In this document: piece after piece, positions 62,184-64,000 of the stretch
Position numbering within the stretch: position 1 is the stretch's first letter
Layout of the letters: each line of letters opens with the position of its first letter
Source: Entomortierella parvispora E1425
Lineage: Eukaryota > Fungi > Mortierellomycota
Assembly (NCBI GenBank): GCA_020891255.1
Contig: BQFW01000008.1
Location: 2,604,001 to 2,668,000 of the forward strand
Direction of reading: 5' to 3'
Length of the DNA stretch: 64,000 nt
Made by a program: the position numbers and the translations under genes
Notes under the pieces: generated by a model
Told to the model about the DNA's origin: nothing
What the model saw: only the letters and a program-made list of their open reading frames with translations
The model's database searches: none

Positions 62184-64000
62184 ATGGCTTCCTCTACGGT
62201 CACATTGGCGTCGTCGTCAGAAGCACATGTTGACGTTGCTAGTTTGAAATCAAATCTGCAACAGGAACTTGGAGCATTAGTTTCACCCAACAGGTCATTT
62301 GAAAACTGGGCCCGCACCTTCCGCTGTGTGCCCGAACAGTATTACTCCCCATCGACAGAGGAGGAAATTATCAAGGTATGCGATGGATAACTGAAGCGTC
62401 AAGATGTCGGGATTTCAGCGGATCTGCCATTTTCTGCAGGATAGAGGTGGATGAAAATTTTGTTACTGATGCGCCAACTGTTTGTTCTGTCTCTCCGTAG
62501 ATCCTCCACTTGGCCAGACTCTCTGGAAAACGAGTGAAGGCTATCGGAACTGGACATTCACCTTCAGATCTTGCTTGTACGGATGGATTCATGATCAACA
62601 CGGACAAACTCAACCGGTTCATCCGTGCGGACGAGAAAGAACTGACCATCACCGTGGAGGCAGGCATGAAGCTGCATCAGTTGCACGAGTACCTCGAGTT
62701 TCATGAGATGGCTATGAGCAACTTGGGATCGATCTCAGATCAGAGTGTTGCAGGATTGATGTCGACGGCAACGCATGGTACAGGAGCAGAATACCCGTCG
62801 TGTTGCGCAGCTGTAAGGATCGCCAGTTTTTATTTCGTTCCTTCAAATGGCGTGATTGAGGATTGCACAAGGACACTGAGGGAAAAGTGCTTACTGAACG
62901 AACAAAAAAATCCTCATAATTAGGTCTTGGATTTGACCCTGATCACTGCCCAAGGAGAAAAGATCTACTGCTCAAAGACTGAGAAACCCGACATCTTTAA
63001 TGCTGCAGTCTGCTCTCTTGGATCATTGGGCATCATCACCTCCATGACCCTTCAATGCGAGCCCGCCTTCAGACTGGAGAACAAGCAGGAACCTGCTAAA
63101 CTGGACCAAGTTCTGGACAATCTGGACGCTATCATTCATTCTGCAGAACACGTTCGACTCTGGTGGTACCCTCATACCGACAATGTCGTAGTTTGGCGCG
63201 CCAACCGTACAACCAAACCTGTGTCTAAACCTCCCGCTTCTAGCTGGAGGACCTCATCCTGGTTTACATTCAATGTTTACCAGGGCCTGCTTTATATTTG
63301 CCGATTTGTTCCAAGTTTGATCCCAAGCCTATCCAGGTTCATGTTCTGGGCCACGCAATCCAGACCCTTGGAGAGAGTGGACAAGAGTGTAAAGGTTTTC
63401 AACTTTGATTGCTTGTTCCCTCAATACGTTAACGAATGGTCAATTCCTTGGTCGAGAACTGCGGAGGCTTTGAGGGCTTTGAACCAATTTATTGAGAACG
63501 GAGTCGTACAGGTCGAAAACGTGAACCCGGAAGAAAAGGCTGTGGTCTCGACTGTGAAGAAGGAGAAGGGCCTCAAGGTCCATTTCCCGATCGAGATTCG
63601 ATTTGTCAAGAAAGACGATGTCTGGCTGAGCCCAGCCTATGGAGTTGATTCTTGCTACATTGGTATCATCATGTACAGGTACGAGAAGAGAAGACATCAA
63701 CTGATCTTTGAAGAGTAAATGGACCGGAATGAATATGCCGTTGAAAACTGACTGGATTTCTTGTTTCTCATACATGTAGACCCTACGGCAAGCCCGTCCC
63801 CTACAAGCGTTTCTGGGCAGGGTATGAAAAGATTATGACTTCTTTTGGTGGTAGACCCCATTGGGCAAAGGCTCACTCAGTCACCTACGAGGATCTGGAG
63901 AAATCATACCCCAAAATGAAGCAGTTCTCCGAGATTCGCCAGCAGTTGGATCCTAAGGGCATGTTCTTGAACGACTACCTTCGTCGCCACCTTGTTCCTT
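62184..64000 (+). CDS. ALO1: FAD-linked aldonolactone oxidase (L-gulonolactone oxidase / D-arabinono-1,4-lactone oxidase), 3'-truncated by the window edge, multi-exon
   Basis: Motifs: FENWARTFRC.PE.YY.P..EEEI, IGTGHSPSDLACTDGFMI (covalent-FAD His), MSNLGSISDQSVAG..STATHGTG, HFPIEIRF..DD.WLSP, CYIGIIMYRPYG, FGGRPHWAKAH and LDPKGMFLNDYL. Confidence 0.95.

Overview
Gene-dense, intron-rich fungal nuclear DNA. It is probably from an early-diverging lineage (Mucoromycota, Mortierellaceae-like), inferred from short GT-AG introns with CTAAC/CTGAC branch sites, CT-rich 5' leaders, an ABCC transporter with an NBD2 insertion and an F-box/LRR-like relic. I can support about 25 protein-coding genes plus one probable pseudogene. 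Recognisable genes: a 3-hydroxyacid dehydrogenase (5'-truncated), an ABCC/MRP transporter, GCN5, alkaline ceramidase, MetAP2, a peroxisomal acyl-CoA dehydrogenase, polyprenol reductase (DFG10), a KAR9-like protein, the YTA7/ATAD2 AAA-bromodomain ATPase, homoisocitrate dehydrogenase (LYS12) and an aldonolactone oxidase (3'-truncated). Manual splicing recovers four genes that the ORF track shows only as fragments: a 116-aa six-exon unknown gene head-to-head with GCN5, a 63-aa COPS9/CSNAP-like peptide, a 137-aa NoxD/p22phox-like NADPH-oxidase subunit, and an LCL2-like protein with its Cys-rich exon. Other items of note are a metazoan PCAF_N-like zinc motif on GCN5, a Myb plus winged-helix protein, a secreted K/D polyampholyte GPI protein and a small secreted Ecp2/KP4-like candidate effector. 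I found no tRNA, rRNA, CRISPR array or intact transposon, and no evidence that these genes form a single multi-gene system. All family assignments come from motif recognition, without database searches.
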